64,000 nt of DNA from Octopus vulgaris (lineage: Eukaryota): the NCBI GenBank assembly GCA_951406725.2, contig OX597816.1, positions 71,486,001-71,550,000 of the forward strand, written 5' to 3'. The first letter of the stretch is position 1; the number at the start of each line of letters is the position of its first letter. A program made the translations under genes and the position numbers. Positions 51,716-64,000 of the stretch are shown here, piece after piece. The notes under the pieces were generated by a model that did not search any database, was not told the DNA's origin, and worked only from the letters and a program-made list of their open reading frames with translations.

Positions 51716-52681
51716 ACAATGGGCTTTTACACAGTTTTCATCAACCAAATTCACCTGCAAGGTATTGGTCAACCCAAGGCTATAAAAGAAGAAACTTGCC
51801 CAAGGTGCTATGCAGCGAAAGTGAACCCAAAACCTCATGGTTGCAAAGCAAGCTTCTTAACCACACAGCTATACCTGCACCCATACTTAATTTACCCTTT
51901 TTTTAATTACCATTTTCAGAGGAAGGAGGGTAGTGCTTGTGATCCTTGTCAGAGACACAAGGAATTGTACGGGAAAAGGAGAAAGGGAGCTAGTTGTCCT
52001 TAGATTAGGGACTTGGTCCAATACTTGTAACAGTGTGGACTCTAATAAGGGTATCCAAGAATCAGGTGGAGGTGTCTACTCCTTTTAATGCCTGCAGGAA
52101 AATGAAAAGCCATGACCATCAACTCAGAATTCTATAATACAACACTTTGTCATGTATCCTCCTGTAATTGTCCATATCGTCATGGTTTCAATGTCCTCTT
52201 TTTCAAACTTGCATGAAATTGTTTATTGGGGCAAATTTTCTATGGCCAGGTGCCCTTCCTGTCATCAACCCTCAACTGTTTCCAAGCAAGGTAATATTTC
52301 CCAATGATCAGACATGCTTATGCAGAATCATCATCATCATCATCATCATTGTTTAACATCTGCCTTCCATGCTAGCATGGGATGGTTTCACAAGGGAGAA
52401 GCCTGCACCAGACCTCTGCGACTGTTTCGGCAGGATTTTTACAGCTGGATGCCCTTCCTAACACCAACCACTCAGCAGAGTGGACTTAGTGCTTTTCATG
52501 TGGCACAAGCACAGGTGAGGTCAGTTTTGGCAAGGTTTTTACAGCTGGATGCCCTTCTGAAAACCAACCACTCAGCAGAGTGGACTGGATGCTTTTAAAT
52601 GGCAGAATATTTTAAATAAATGACATTCATTTACAACAATTATGCTATGTCAAGACAAGGTAACACAACCATGTACCCCAC

Positions 52682-52744
<63 letters not shown>

Positions 52745-52811
52745 AGATTTAGACACTTGGATAAGTTTCAGCCAGTATTGGCCTATGTCATGTCTAACTT
52801 AATAGCACACT

Positions 52812-53178
52812 TGTTTTAGTCATGAGACTGTGGCCATGCTGGGGCATTGTCTTGAAGAATTTTTAGTCGAATAAATAAATCTCGGTACTTGTTTTTTTTT
52901 TTAGCGCTTATTCTATTGGTCTCTTTTATGGAACCACGAAGTTACAGGGATGTTTGTCAAGTGGTGGTTGGGGACAAACACAGAGAGGAAGACACACACA
53001 AACACCCACATATATATATTTCAGGCTTCTTTAAGTTTCCACCTACCAAATCCACCACAAGGCTTTGGTCTGCCCAAAGCTATAGTACAAGTCACTTGTC
53101 CAATGTGCCACGCTGTGAAACTGAACCTGGAACCTGTTGGTTAGGAAGCAAATTTCTCAAGCACACAGCCACACTTGT
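52812..53178 (-). mobile_element. family A SINE, diverged
   Basis: Reverse-complement tail, body and head motifs. Confidence 0.8.
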
Positions 53179-53386
53179 CCATAATTAATACAAAATTAAT
53201 AGAAGAGAAATAAATATTTTTGCATTATATAATTTTAAACCTGTCTCATCTGAGGCCCCAAATTTGAATGAAAACAGTTTTTTTTGACAGGAAGAAATAA
53301 AGGTGCAAAGAATTAATGAAAGATTATATGTAACATAACCTACTTTTGTTCTGTTTACCTTGAAGCATAACTTAAGAGATTATATT

Positions 53387-53425
<39 letters not shown>

Positions 53426-55224
53426 ATGAGAGAGAGAGAGAAAATGATATGTATGTGTACATACAGCCATACATATATTAGACACACACATACACTCACA
53501 CACATATATATATACATATAGTATGCACGTATGTGTGGGTGTATATTTGTGTATGCACACACACACACACACAAATACACACAGAGAAAGTGAATGTATT
53601 ATATTGTTTCCGATACAGTTAATGAGAAACATTTGAAAGACTGAAAGGCTTCGGAATTAGTTCTGCAGCAAAGTAACATTACAATACCAAACACTATTTC
53701 TTCAGATTCTAAAGCCATTGCCTCGAGATATATTTTTAGCTTAATTATCAGTCAATTTCTAAACCAATAGAAGAACCTGTACAACTAATTACTTCATTTC
53801 CAATTTGATATTTCTTGCATTCTTCTAATTGTTATCTTCATACTTCTGAGAAACCAAATTACCAAAAATATGAACAGAAAAAAAACAAAGCAACAAAACA
53901 AAACAGAGAAATATATTTATATTGTAGCTATTCTATCAAGGAGATGGCGGAACTGGTAAGGTATCTGACAAAATATTTTGTCATAATATATGGTTATGAT
54001 CCTTTAAATTCTTATTTCAAATCCTACCTATGTTGGCTTGGCTATTTTTCTGCCAATTTCGAGGAAATTAATAAGTATACATATCTGTGCCCTAGTAAAT
54101 GATGTTTTCTTAAGGTCTAGTCAAGTGTTTCTCAACTGTGGTCTGTACTGCCCCCAAAGGGTCGATATACGGTTTTTTGGGGTCCATGCAACAAAACAGT
54201 AAACTGGAGATCCACAATAGCATTTTAAGGGTCCCTGAAAAAAAAATTTGCTTTAGATGTATGTATAGGTGCAGGCATAGCTGTGCGGTTAGAAGTTTGC
54301 TTCCTATTCACATGGTTGTGGGTTCAGTAATACTGTGTGACACCTTGGGCAAATGTCTTCTGCTATAGCCCCAGGCCAACCAAAGCCCAGTGAGTGGATT
54401 TGGTGGAGGGGAAACTGAAAGAAGCCCATCATATATATATGAACCAGTTGCCATGCATGATTGCTTAAATCAACACATTTTTTTTATTCTCACAAAGTAG
54501 TGCCCCAGAATGGCCAAAGTCAAATGAGTGAAACAAGTAAAAGTTAAAGAAATTTATACCCCAGCAGAATATTTCTTTAATAAATTTTGTGTACGCCAAT
54601 CTTTACAGTCTTTTACAATATAATTTTTATTCATTTAATGTAATCTTTCATATCGTATTCACCTAAATTTTATATTCAAATAATATTAATCTCAAAAAGG
54701 AATGGTCATAGATCAAATTGAGTTTATTTCTTTTTAAATGGTCATATGTTAAGTTCTTTGGGTGTTCAGGCTTTTAGTTTTAACTTTGATATACTTTAGA
54801 TGTTTGCAATGGTAAACAAAAAGGTTCCTTGAAATCTTCTTTCAAGTATTATATAATTTATTTAATACACAAATTTTTATAATATAAACTTTTGATTAAA
54901 ATAGCCACTTTTAAAAAAATTTGCAAGATCTGTCTTATATTAGTTTTTAACTTTAATAAATAATAAATACATATACACACACATCAAAAAACCACACACA
55001 TGCAAATAAATCACATTTACAGCCCTGCCCTTGTGCCCACCTCTATACACAGATGTCTTCCTATGTATGTGCACACTACTGTGCCCCCTTTTGCCCTCAC
55101 TAATTATCTTCATAGAACTGCATTCCCACCCAGTGCCTAACTCCTTCACCTTACCTTTTTCCCCTTTTTCTTTTGTAACCACATTTTCTCATTTATTCTC
55201 CTCTTATTTTTCTTTCCTATCTTC

Positions 55225-55258
55225 CTTCTGATGAAGGACTCATGTCCGAAAAGTCAAG
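55225..55258 (+). ncRNA. minimal hammerhead ribozyme-like motif
   Basis: ctt-CTGATGA-a-ggac-tcat-gtcc-GAAA-a-GTC-aag. Canonical core, perfect stem II, GUC triplet, 3-bp stem I. Confidence 0.65.
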
Positions 55259-55463
55259 ACTCCTTCCTTTCTTCTTGAAAATGTTACAGCTAAGATGTTT
55301 AATTAAAACTTGTTCCTTCAGTGTTGTCTTCTTTTTGTGCCTCATCAAACTCCACCCCCCACCCCCACACACAAGTGAATTGTCATCATTTCAGCATTCA
55401 CTTTTCCATGCTTGCATGGACCAGGCGGTGTATAAAAGAAGAGAAATAAAAGTGTTTCTAAGA

Positions 55464-55540
<77 letters not shown>

Positions 55541-57127
55541 ATTGTTTGTCCCCCAACATTGCTTGACAACCAATGCTGGTCTGTTTATGTCCCCGTATTT
55601 TACCACTTCGGCAAAAGAGACTGATGGGGTAAGTACTAGGCTTACAAAGAATAAGTCTTGGGGTCGATTTGCTCGACTAAAGGCGGTGCTCCAGCATGGC
55701 CACAGCCAAATGACTGAAACAAGTAAAAGTGTAAAGAAGGAGTTAAAATAAATATTGCAAAACATTTTATCCACTGCTCCATAGGATTTTCCCCTTCACT
55801 ACCTCTGCATTCCATGTGGAGACTCTCATATTAAGGAACAGCTCCAAGCTGGCACAGACCTATGTCCAAACGAAGGCCTCCTGGCCATCATATCATTACT
55901 TTTGTTAAAAATCATTGTAAGTTAATGAAAGTGTTGTTTGAAGGTGATTTTAGCTGCTATTTGTAGCTGATTGAGCATCAACTCGCAGACTCCCTGTGTT
56001 GATGGAAATTCTAACATGAGAAAGGGAGGGAAGAGAATGGCAGCAACAGAGTATCTTGAAACAGTTAAAGGAGTTAAAATAAAACTCTCCCTTTCTCTCT
56101 TTCGATGGATGGATGGATCACATGATGAAAGGTCAGAAGCAACAGCCTCATATTACCCCACACTCTCTTCTCTCCTCCATACATATACAGACACACACGT
56201 TTTTCGTCTCTCAACCACACTTGGATATACTGGCACACACATATACTTATACACACACACTCCCTCTCTCTCTCTTTCACATATGTACACTTTCTCTCGC
56301 ATAGATATACACACATTTTCATCTCTCAGTCACATACTTGAATATGCTGGCACACGCATGCACTTATACACACACACTCTCCATCTCTCTCTCTCTTGCA
56401 CACACACACCTCTCTCTCACATATACACACACATGCATGCATCTCTCTTTCACACACACACTCTCTCTCAAACATATGTATACTTTCTCTTGCATAGATA
56501 TACACATACACACACCCTCCATCTATCTCTCTCACATACTCTCCACCTCTTACAGATACACACACACACACACATTAACACACACTCTCCACCTCTTACA
56601 GATACACACACACACACACACACACACTCTCTCTCTCTCTCTCATGCACTAATACGTGCACACACAAACTTTCTTTCACTCTCTCAGAAACACACAAACA
56701 CACATATACACACACATGTTCACACAAGACATACAGCTAGCATAAATAATCTGGATGTTTCTTTAAGACAGCAGGAAATCAAGTAGTAAGAAGGTTAGCA
56801 GACAAAGCAAACACACGGCAGCAACGCCACCAACAACAGACTCGTTAGTTACATATGGGTGGTTAAGTGGAGTGAACAAGAGCTGGGAGAAATTGTTGAA
56901 TGTAATAAAAACTTATTGAAAATACATTTTTATTTATTTAATTCTAAACATAAGACCACACATTTTGAGAGAAAGATCATGCTTTATTTATAAAGATCCT
57001 AGTATTTAACCGGTATTTATTTCGCCATTAATGAGAATTTGAAAAAGCCAACTCGACTCTCACTGGATTTGAACACAGAATGTAAAAGAAGGTAACTCCT
57101 TTATTTTCAAACAAATATTGCAAAGCA

Positions 57128-57188
<61 letters not shown>

Positions 57189-57257
57189 GATTGAAAAACT
57201 CAGAAAGAAAATACAAAATCTGTAGGTAAAAAAGAAATGAAAATGTTACCTTTTTCT

Positions 57258-57838
57258 TGAGTGAATGCAGTAAGCTAGCACAAAATGAGTATAAACACAG
57301 ACATGGCTTTGTAAGAGTGCATTAGGATGTTGACTGATTGTATAGCTTCAAAGTAACAGAAAGGTGGTATGAATATAAACCAGAGGCTGTGAGAGGAAAA
57401 AAAGAATTACATGGACTCCCCCATAAATACCAACCATGCTACTGAAGCAAGAATAATTGATATGATGATAAAGGATAAAAGAAATAAAACAGCAAAAGGT
57501 CATAGACTTTGCAAAAACACATGACAACAGAGTGGATACTAAAGAAACTGAAGAAAGTTGAGAAATATTAGGGCCTAGCCAGATAGATGAAGATACAGTG
57601 GAGGATTAAGAAGACAGTTATTCCCATAGTAACTGGTGTGTTTGACACAACATCCAAACTACAAAAGATATTGGAAATGTGGTTCGCATTATCAACCAGC
57701 AGAAAAATGCAACCTTGTATTCTGCAAAAATCCTAAGAAAGATTCTTAATATTTGAAGAAACTTGTTGCCACCAAACCTTAAGACAACATCCCTACTGAC
57801 TAATGTAGTATGAAATAGTTGTGACAATAATTATAATG
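57258..57838 (+). pseudogene. R4/Dong-like non-LTR retrotransposon 3' fragment, restriction-like endonuclease region
   Basis: SECSKLAQNEYKHRH...RWYEYKPEAV...VIDFA...EKVEKY...VIPIVTG...SAKILRKILNI* across frameshifts, ending AATAATTATAAT. Confidence 0.8.
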
Positions 57839-58565
57839 GTTTCTGGTTTAGGCACAAACTCAGCCTGGCCAGAGATTTCTTAGGTTGTCTGTAGTCCTTG
57901 GGCTAAAAGTCCCCTGAAACAGGCTGTTATTTAATAGTAAAAATATTTATCATTCTCTCATGAAGAGTAAAACCCATCGCATATAAATAATTTATATATG
58001 ACAATTGCATAATTATATACATGATGTTTTTATTCCGGTGAAACAGCTGTCGAAGACAAATTATGAAGATTTAAAATTTATGCTTTTCTGATGTTTCCCA
58101 TTATGTATGTGTTGCTCACAACTACCATTTAGCCAATTCTGTATATAAGCACAAGCTTATTTTATCAATATTTACTGCATCATAATAAGGTATTGGAGTT
58201 TAACGATGTGTTATTAATAGAACTCTTAAACACTGAAGACATATTTTATGATGTTTATACATTAACTTTGCGTCATTCTAATGTCCACTTTTCCATGCTA
58301 GCATGTGTTGGACAACGTTCATTGAGACAAATTTTCTTTGGCTGGATGCCCTTCTTGTCACCAAACCTCACCTCTTTCCAAGCAAGGTAACATTTTCCCT
58401 GTAGTCAGACATGTTTTTGCAGAAAAAGGGAAATGAATGACACTGCTGCAACAGTGACAATTATTTTACAAATATCAATACAATGTCAAGACAAGGGAAC
58501 ACAAACATATACATTCTCACTCATACACACAAACACACACACACAATTGTGTGTATGTGCATGTG

Positions 58566-58817
58566 TGAAGGTGCATCACTTAGTGGTTAAGGTGTTACAC
58601 TCACGATTGTGAGATCGTGGGTTCAATTCCCAGACTAGGCATTGCATTGTGTTCTTGAGCAAAGCACTTCATTTCGACACCTGACATGTGGCACCTGTTG
58701 CACCTGTGCAGGTAATGTCAATCTGATGGAGGGAGTGAGCTTATATCTACACAAACATTTGACCACTATAAACAAATCATCTGTGTGGTTGTTCAGTAAG
58801 AAATTGTTGAACCCTCG
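58566..58817 (+). mobile_element. family D-headed tRNA SINE variant
   Basis: CTTAGTGGTTAAGG...GGTTCAATTCCC...GTGTTCTTGAGCAAAGCACTT, ending GAACCCTCGT. Confidence 0.75.
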
Positions 58818-58819
58818 TG

Positions 58820-58850
<31 letters not shown>

Positions 58851-59195
58851 TTATGAAGATTCAGGTGAATAAGGCACTTAAATGGTAATATACCAGGTTG
58901 GATCAAAGTTAAAATTGCATACACAGCAAACTATAGACAAATACAAACCTTGGTACCGAAGCACAGGTAGAAAGATATCCAGGTTATGTATACAATTAAT
59001 TGAACCCCTATTAGTATATTATCAGCCCTTGGGCTAATCCAGAAATGCACATGGTATTAAATGTACGATCCATAAAAACTTTGGAATATGTGAGGAGCAG
59101 GTTCTGAGAATTTGAACTCACAGCGTGGCAACAAGTAAAATACTGCTAAGCATTTCGTCCAGTGTGCTACCGATTTTGCCTGCTCTCTGCCTTAC

Positions 59196-59478
59196 TTGCT
59201 TACTGATAGACATTGCAGTCCATTCTGACCAAAATATTGACCAAAAGGAAGTGGAGAAATTGTCAAAGTACAAAGACCTCAAAATTGAAGTATTCAAGAT
59301 GTGGGGCATGAAGGTGAAAGCAACAGCAGTAATAATTGGAGCATTGGGCATGATAAAAAAAAAACATATGAACAAAAACGTAGAAGCTATACCTGGACCC
59401 TCAACACTACACACATTCCAAAAAATAGTCCTGCTAGAAACAGCCTACATCCTACACAAGACACTATCAATTCAATAA
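59196..59478 (+). pseudogene. second R4/Dong-like restriction-like endonuclease C-terminal fragment
   Basis: LLIDIAVHSDQNIDQKEVEKLSKYKDLKIEVFKMWGMKVKATAVIIGALG...QKIVLLETAYILHKTL*. Confidence 0.85.
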
Positions 59479-59784
59479 TACAACCTAAACAAAACAATCC
59501 TCAAACACTTGACACACTCTATGTAGCAAATATCAAATGAAAGAAAACTACTATTAGTAGGCTAGATATCCAACGTATTTCACATACAACACTAATACAA
59601 CAAAAAACTGCACTACACCCCATAAAAAGAGAAACTGATGCAATACAGTGTTAGGAAGAGTTTGCACACTCCCAAGAACAAAACAAAAAACACAATGCTG
59701 CATGCACCACCACCACCACAACCACCACCAACACAGAGGTGTAGCAGGTGATGCAGTGGAAATTTGCTTGAAACTACCAAATGT

Positions 59785-59973
59785 AGAAGAAGGAGGAGGA
59801 GGAGGAGGAGAAGGCGGAGATGGAGAAAAAGGAGGAGAAAAAGGAGGAGGAGGGGGGAAAGAAGAAGAAAAAGAAGAAGAAGAAGAAGAAGAAGAAGAAG
59901 AAGAAGAAGAAGAAGAAGAAGAAGAAGGAGGAGAAGGAGGAGAAGGAGCAGAAGAAGAAGAAGAAGAAGAAGA
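59785..59973. repeat. (GAA)/(GGA)n polypurine microsatellite
   Basis: About 190 bp of almost pure purine. Confidence 0.95.
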
Positions 59974-61197
59974 ATTCAGTTCAAGATTTGAATTTAAAAT
60001 TTGAACAATTTAATGCATAACAGAAGTGGTGCTGGATGGATTGCTATTGAAATGGTTAAAGAGGAAGCAATCGAGTCCTCAAGGAATTTGCAAACTGATT
60101 GATGTTATGGTAAAGCAAAACAGATTCTTAGAACTTATCTTCAAGTGAAAATATAAAATGTCTTCTACATCTGCATTCCCTCAAGCAGCGCAGAATGAAA
60201 ATACATCAAAATGAAATATATCTGAGACCAAACATATATTCAAAAAAAAAAAAAAAAAAAGAGAAAAATGAAAGATTTTAAACTTTGGTTCCAAAAGGAT
60301 ACAAATTTAAAAGAAAGAGAGACAGCAGGACGGTGATGGTACAATGAATTTGGTAAAGTAAACCTCAGGATCCGAGGAGACGAGCGAGTTTAAACCATTC
60401 CAAAAGTGGAATTTCACTTCTGATCTTTTTAAAGTAAATTGGATTTTTCTAAATACATTAGCAGAACAAATTATCAAGCTCACTACCCTGCCTCTGCTGG
60501 GATTTGAACTTTGTATGATAATGGAAGTAATTATATATATATATTCTTCAGGACAGTTCTCTATTTGTGTCACTAATGTAAAACAGAAGGAGCTTCTATA
60601 TGGTCACTTGAACTAAAAATCACAGCCAACTCTTCTTTGAATCATACCCTCGTCATCATAATTTTATATCTTCTTTACAAGGTGGCATGAGTTGGATACA
60701 AGCAAGCATCACCGTTTTTGCTCAAATGATGTCAACATGAAGACATTTGGAAACCAACACACCTCTTCACACACATAAGATATCTTTATAGCTTCCATCT
60801 CCCAAATTTCTCTTACAAGGCATTAGCCAGACAAGGCTATAGTAGATGTCACATTCCCATGGTTCAATACTGAGGTGTGTGTGTGGGTGTGTGTGCATGT
60901 GCATATACATGTGTGTGTGTGTGTGTATGTACATATATATTTTTTTTCTTTTATTTGTTTCAGTCATTTGACTGTGGCCATGCTGGAGCACCACCTTAAG
61001 TCAAACAAATCGACCCCAGGACTTATTCTTTGTAAGCCTAGTACTTACCTTATTGGTCTCTTTTGCAAGACCATTAAAACATAACATCCCAACATTGGTT
61101 GTCAAGCAATGGGAGGGAGGGGGACAAACACAGACACACACACATATATATATACATTATATATATATGTGTGTGTATATATATATATACATATATA

Positions 61198-61382
61198 TCA
61201 TCATCATCATCATCGTTTAACGTCCGTTCTCCATGCTAGCATGGGTTGGACGGTTCGACCGGGAATCTGGGAAGCCAGAAGGCTGCACCAGGCTCCAGTC
61301 TTATCTGGCAATGTTTCTACAGCTGGATGCCCTTCCTAACACCAACCACTCCGTGAGTGTAGTGGGTGCTTTTTACGTGCCA
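61198..61382 (-). mobile_element. family C retroposon, short
   Basis: (CAT)nCGTTTAACGTCCG...GGGTGCTTTTTACGTGCCA. Confidence 0.88.
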
Positions 61383-61397
61383 TATATATATATGTAT

Positions 61398-61441
<44 letters not shown>

Positions 61442-61552
61442 CAAAATGGAACAAGAATGCAAAACATCCAAATAGATGATACAAAAACCACGGACGGGTC
61501 GTTTGAAGCCTTTAATCTTGAGTCAAGAACCAGATCATCCTCGCAATTTCGG

Positions 61553-61607
<55 letters not shown>

Positions 61608-61736
61608 AAAGGAAATGAAGAAAATGCTGACAAATAATTGAAGTAATTTAAGTAATTTAATTAGGTGAAAGTTCTTTTTACCGGTTGTGCATTTGTTATG
61701 CTTATCAAAATATAAAAGAGAGAATAGAGTTCCTTT

Positions 61737-61797
<61 letters not shown>

Positions 61798-61950
61798 ATA
61801 TGAGGTATTGGCATTTAGAAAATCCAGAGAGTGACAGGTAACACTAAATAAGTGCTATGTATAAACCGTAGTTAAACTCTTGGTTTGATAAGGACATGAG
61901 TGAGGAATCTAATGTGAGTCTTGTATTTGCATGCATATATATATATATAT

Positions 61951-62294
61951 TACAGAGATGTACTCGCATAGCAAGTGATTTGATCTGAGATCGTGTGCTG
62001 GAATGAAAACAATTGCAGCATGGAAGGTGTTTGTAAGCCATTTAAGAAACACACAAAAGCCATTCAATTCACTTCAACGTTTAAGTTTAATTTGTCAAAA
62101 TATTTTCGTCGCTAAAATCCGCAACCTGTTCACTGACAAAAATCCGTGCTGCATCTCGGACTTTTGTCAGTTAACAGGTCGCGGATTTTAGCGATGAAAA
62201 TATTTTGACAAATTAAACTTAAATGTTGAAGTGAATCGAACGGCTTTTGTGTGTTTCTTAAATGGCTTACAAACACCTTCCATGCTGAAATTGT
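61951..62294. mobile_element. (TA)n-flanked fold-back element, hairpin 4
   Basis: 138-bp inverted arms 62009-62146 and 62157-62294, 10-nt loop, few mismatches, ~58-bp unique end. Confidence 0.9.
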
Positions 62295-62310
62295 GTATAT
62301 ATATATATAT

Positions 62311-62446
62311 ATTAGACAAAAATGAGATAACATGATGAAGGGATGTCCATAATATCCCAGAAACAGCTGTAAGACTATATCTATATCTTTTTCCTTATAG
62401 ATATCCTGAAAATTCACAACCTTGGCTTTATCTCATTTTGTCTAAT
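62311..62446 (+). mobile_element. (TA)n-flanked module with terminal inverted repeats and a hammerhead-like motif
   Basis: ATTAGACAAAA(A)TGAGATAA / TTATCTCATTTTGTCTAAT. Internal caTGATGA-a-gggat..atccc-a-GAAA-cagctg-TA with palindromic stem III. Confidence 0.65.
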
Positions 62447-63724
62447 ATATATATATTATATATATATATAAGTTCAGCAAAATTTAGATTCAAATGAATA
62501 TGGTACTTAAGTTAGAGGCACCAGAATTTTAAATTGACATCTTTGTCTATATATCTACCTTCTCTATAATGTTATCAATTGGTATGAAAATTATGTATTA
62601 ATTGGAAACCTCTATTAATGGCTGATGATTGCTCCAACATTTTAAAACTGTTGTAATACTAACAATATTTAATAAAATGATGTAGCGTGAAACAATCATA
62701 CCAAATTACCAAAGTTATTCTTGTTGCTTATTTTTGATATATATATATATATATACACACACAAGGGGCTTCTCCCAGTTTCTGTTTTCCAAATCCACTC
62801 ACATAGCTATAGTAGAAAATACTGGCCTATAATAGAGACTATAGTAAAAGACACTTGCCCCATGTGCCACACAGTGGGACTGAACCTGGAACCATGTGGT
62901 TGGGAAGCAAGTTTTTTTTTTATCATATAGCCATGCCTGCAACCTATGTGTGTGTGTTCTTGTCTTGACAACCTATGATTATTGTTAAATGGTTGTTAAT
63001 GTCATAGAAATAGTGCCATTCTTTTACAATACTCCTCAAGAATATATCTAGCCAAAAGGAAATATTACTTTGCTTGGTAACAAGGGAGGATTAGTGACAG
63101 GAAAGGTATCCCGTCACAGAAAATCTGCCTCAATAATCTTTATTTGACCCTTGAAAGCATGGAAAAGTGGGTGTTACAATGATGATTATGATGATGATGA
63201 TGATAAACTATCATGAAAAAGACAGTCTAATATTTTCTCTGGGGACAAGGAGGCCTTTGGGAACATGTTTCTGCCTCAATAAACTTCATCAGCACAGCAC
63301 TGTACTGTACTACCTTAATTCCAACCAGACGAAAGATTTAGATGTATATGAACGTTTATCGCCAAGGGTAATTGCATAATTAAAACAAAAATGAGCTATG
63401 AGAAATAACACAGAATGTCCAGTCACATGAATTTGGAAAGTAAAGACGAAGAAAGGTACAAGATATCTTTTTGATTTATTGTAAATGTCTTCACTTCAAG
63501 AGAAATGAAACCAACACTAAATCGGAGCTATACATAAATATATACATTCATATTCATTCATATGTACATATGTATGTTCATATATATATATATACACACA
63601 CAAACATATGCATGTACACATACATATCTACATATATATGTACATATATATACATATACACATACATATATGCACACACATGGACATACATATATGTACA
63701 CACACATGTATACACACACGTCAC

Positions 63725-63800
<76 letters not shown>

Positions 63801-63825
63801 ATGCATACTATAAATATAGGTTATT

Positions 63826-63862
<37 letters not shown>

Positions 63863-64000
63863 TATATCAAATATAACACATCTTAATCTTTGACCTTATC
63901 TCCATAAATTGAGAAATGAAATAATGTTGTGGTATTCCACTTATAGTAGAATATTTCCAGATATTTAGAAATCTGATTATTGATTTCTGCCTAGTACAAA

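Noticed and set aside
59648-60020. Poly-E/G, poly-R and poly-K ORFs
   Set aside because: All three frames are open only because of a (GAA/GGA)n tract, with no splice or domain evidence.
60365-60450. Minus-strand peptide EWFKLARLLG resembling a death-domain motif
   Set aside because: A stop codon follows immediately and splice signals are unconvincing. Too short to support.
61382-62755. Repeat-spacer array resembling CRISPR
   Set aside because: Separators are variable-length (TA)n and modules are 120-340 bp. Nested insertions explain it better.

Overview
AT-rich, microsatellite-dense eukaryotic DNA with no confidently identifiable host gene. The SINE repertoire and (TA)n/(CA)n load suggest a cephalopod, probably Octopus, intron or intergenic region (inference). 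Nearly all supplied ORFs are microsatellite or SINE artefacts. The window is a mosaic of tRNA-headed SINE families (my labels A, B, D), a (GAT)n-tailed family (C), decayed LINEs (RTE, CR1/L2-like, R4/Dong-like, possibly Penelope-like) and DNA-transposon MITEs (mariner, pogo/Tigger, piggyBac, hAT-like). The most notable signals are: (1) about seven minimal hammerhead-ribozyme-like motifs in short non-coding modules, several in or beside (TA)n tracts; (2) a TSD-flanked palindromic insertion joining a tRNA-like head to a hammerhead motif (11098-11604); (3) four (TA)n-flanked elements ending in long fold-back hairpins; (4) a run of unrelated modules separated by (TA)n at 61.4-62.8 kb. Together these suggest a Penelope-type, microsatellite-targeting, ribozyme-bearing non-autonomous retroelement system (inference). 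All alignments were done by eye, so boundaries are approximate.
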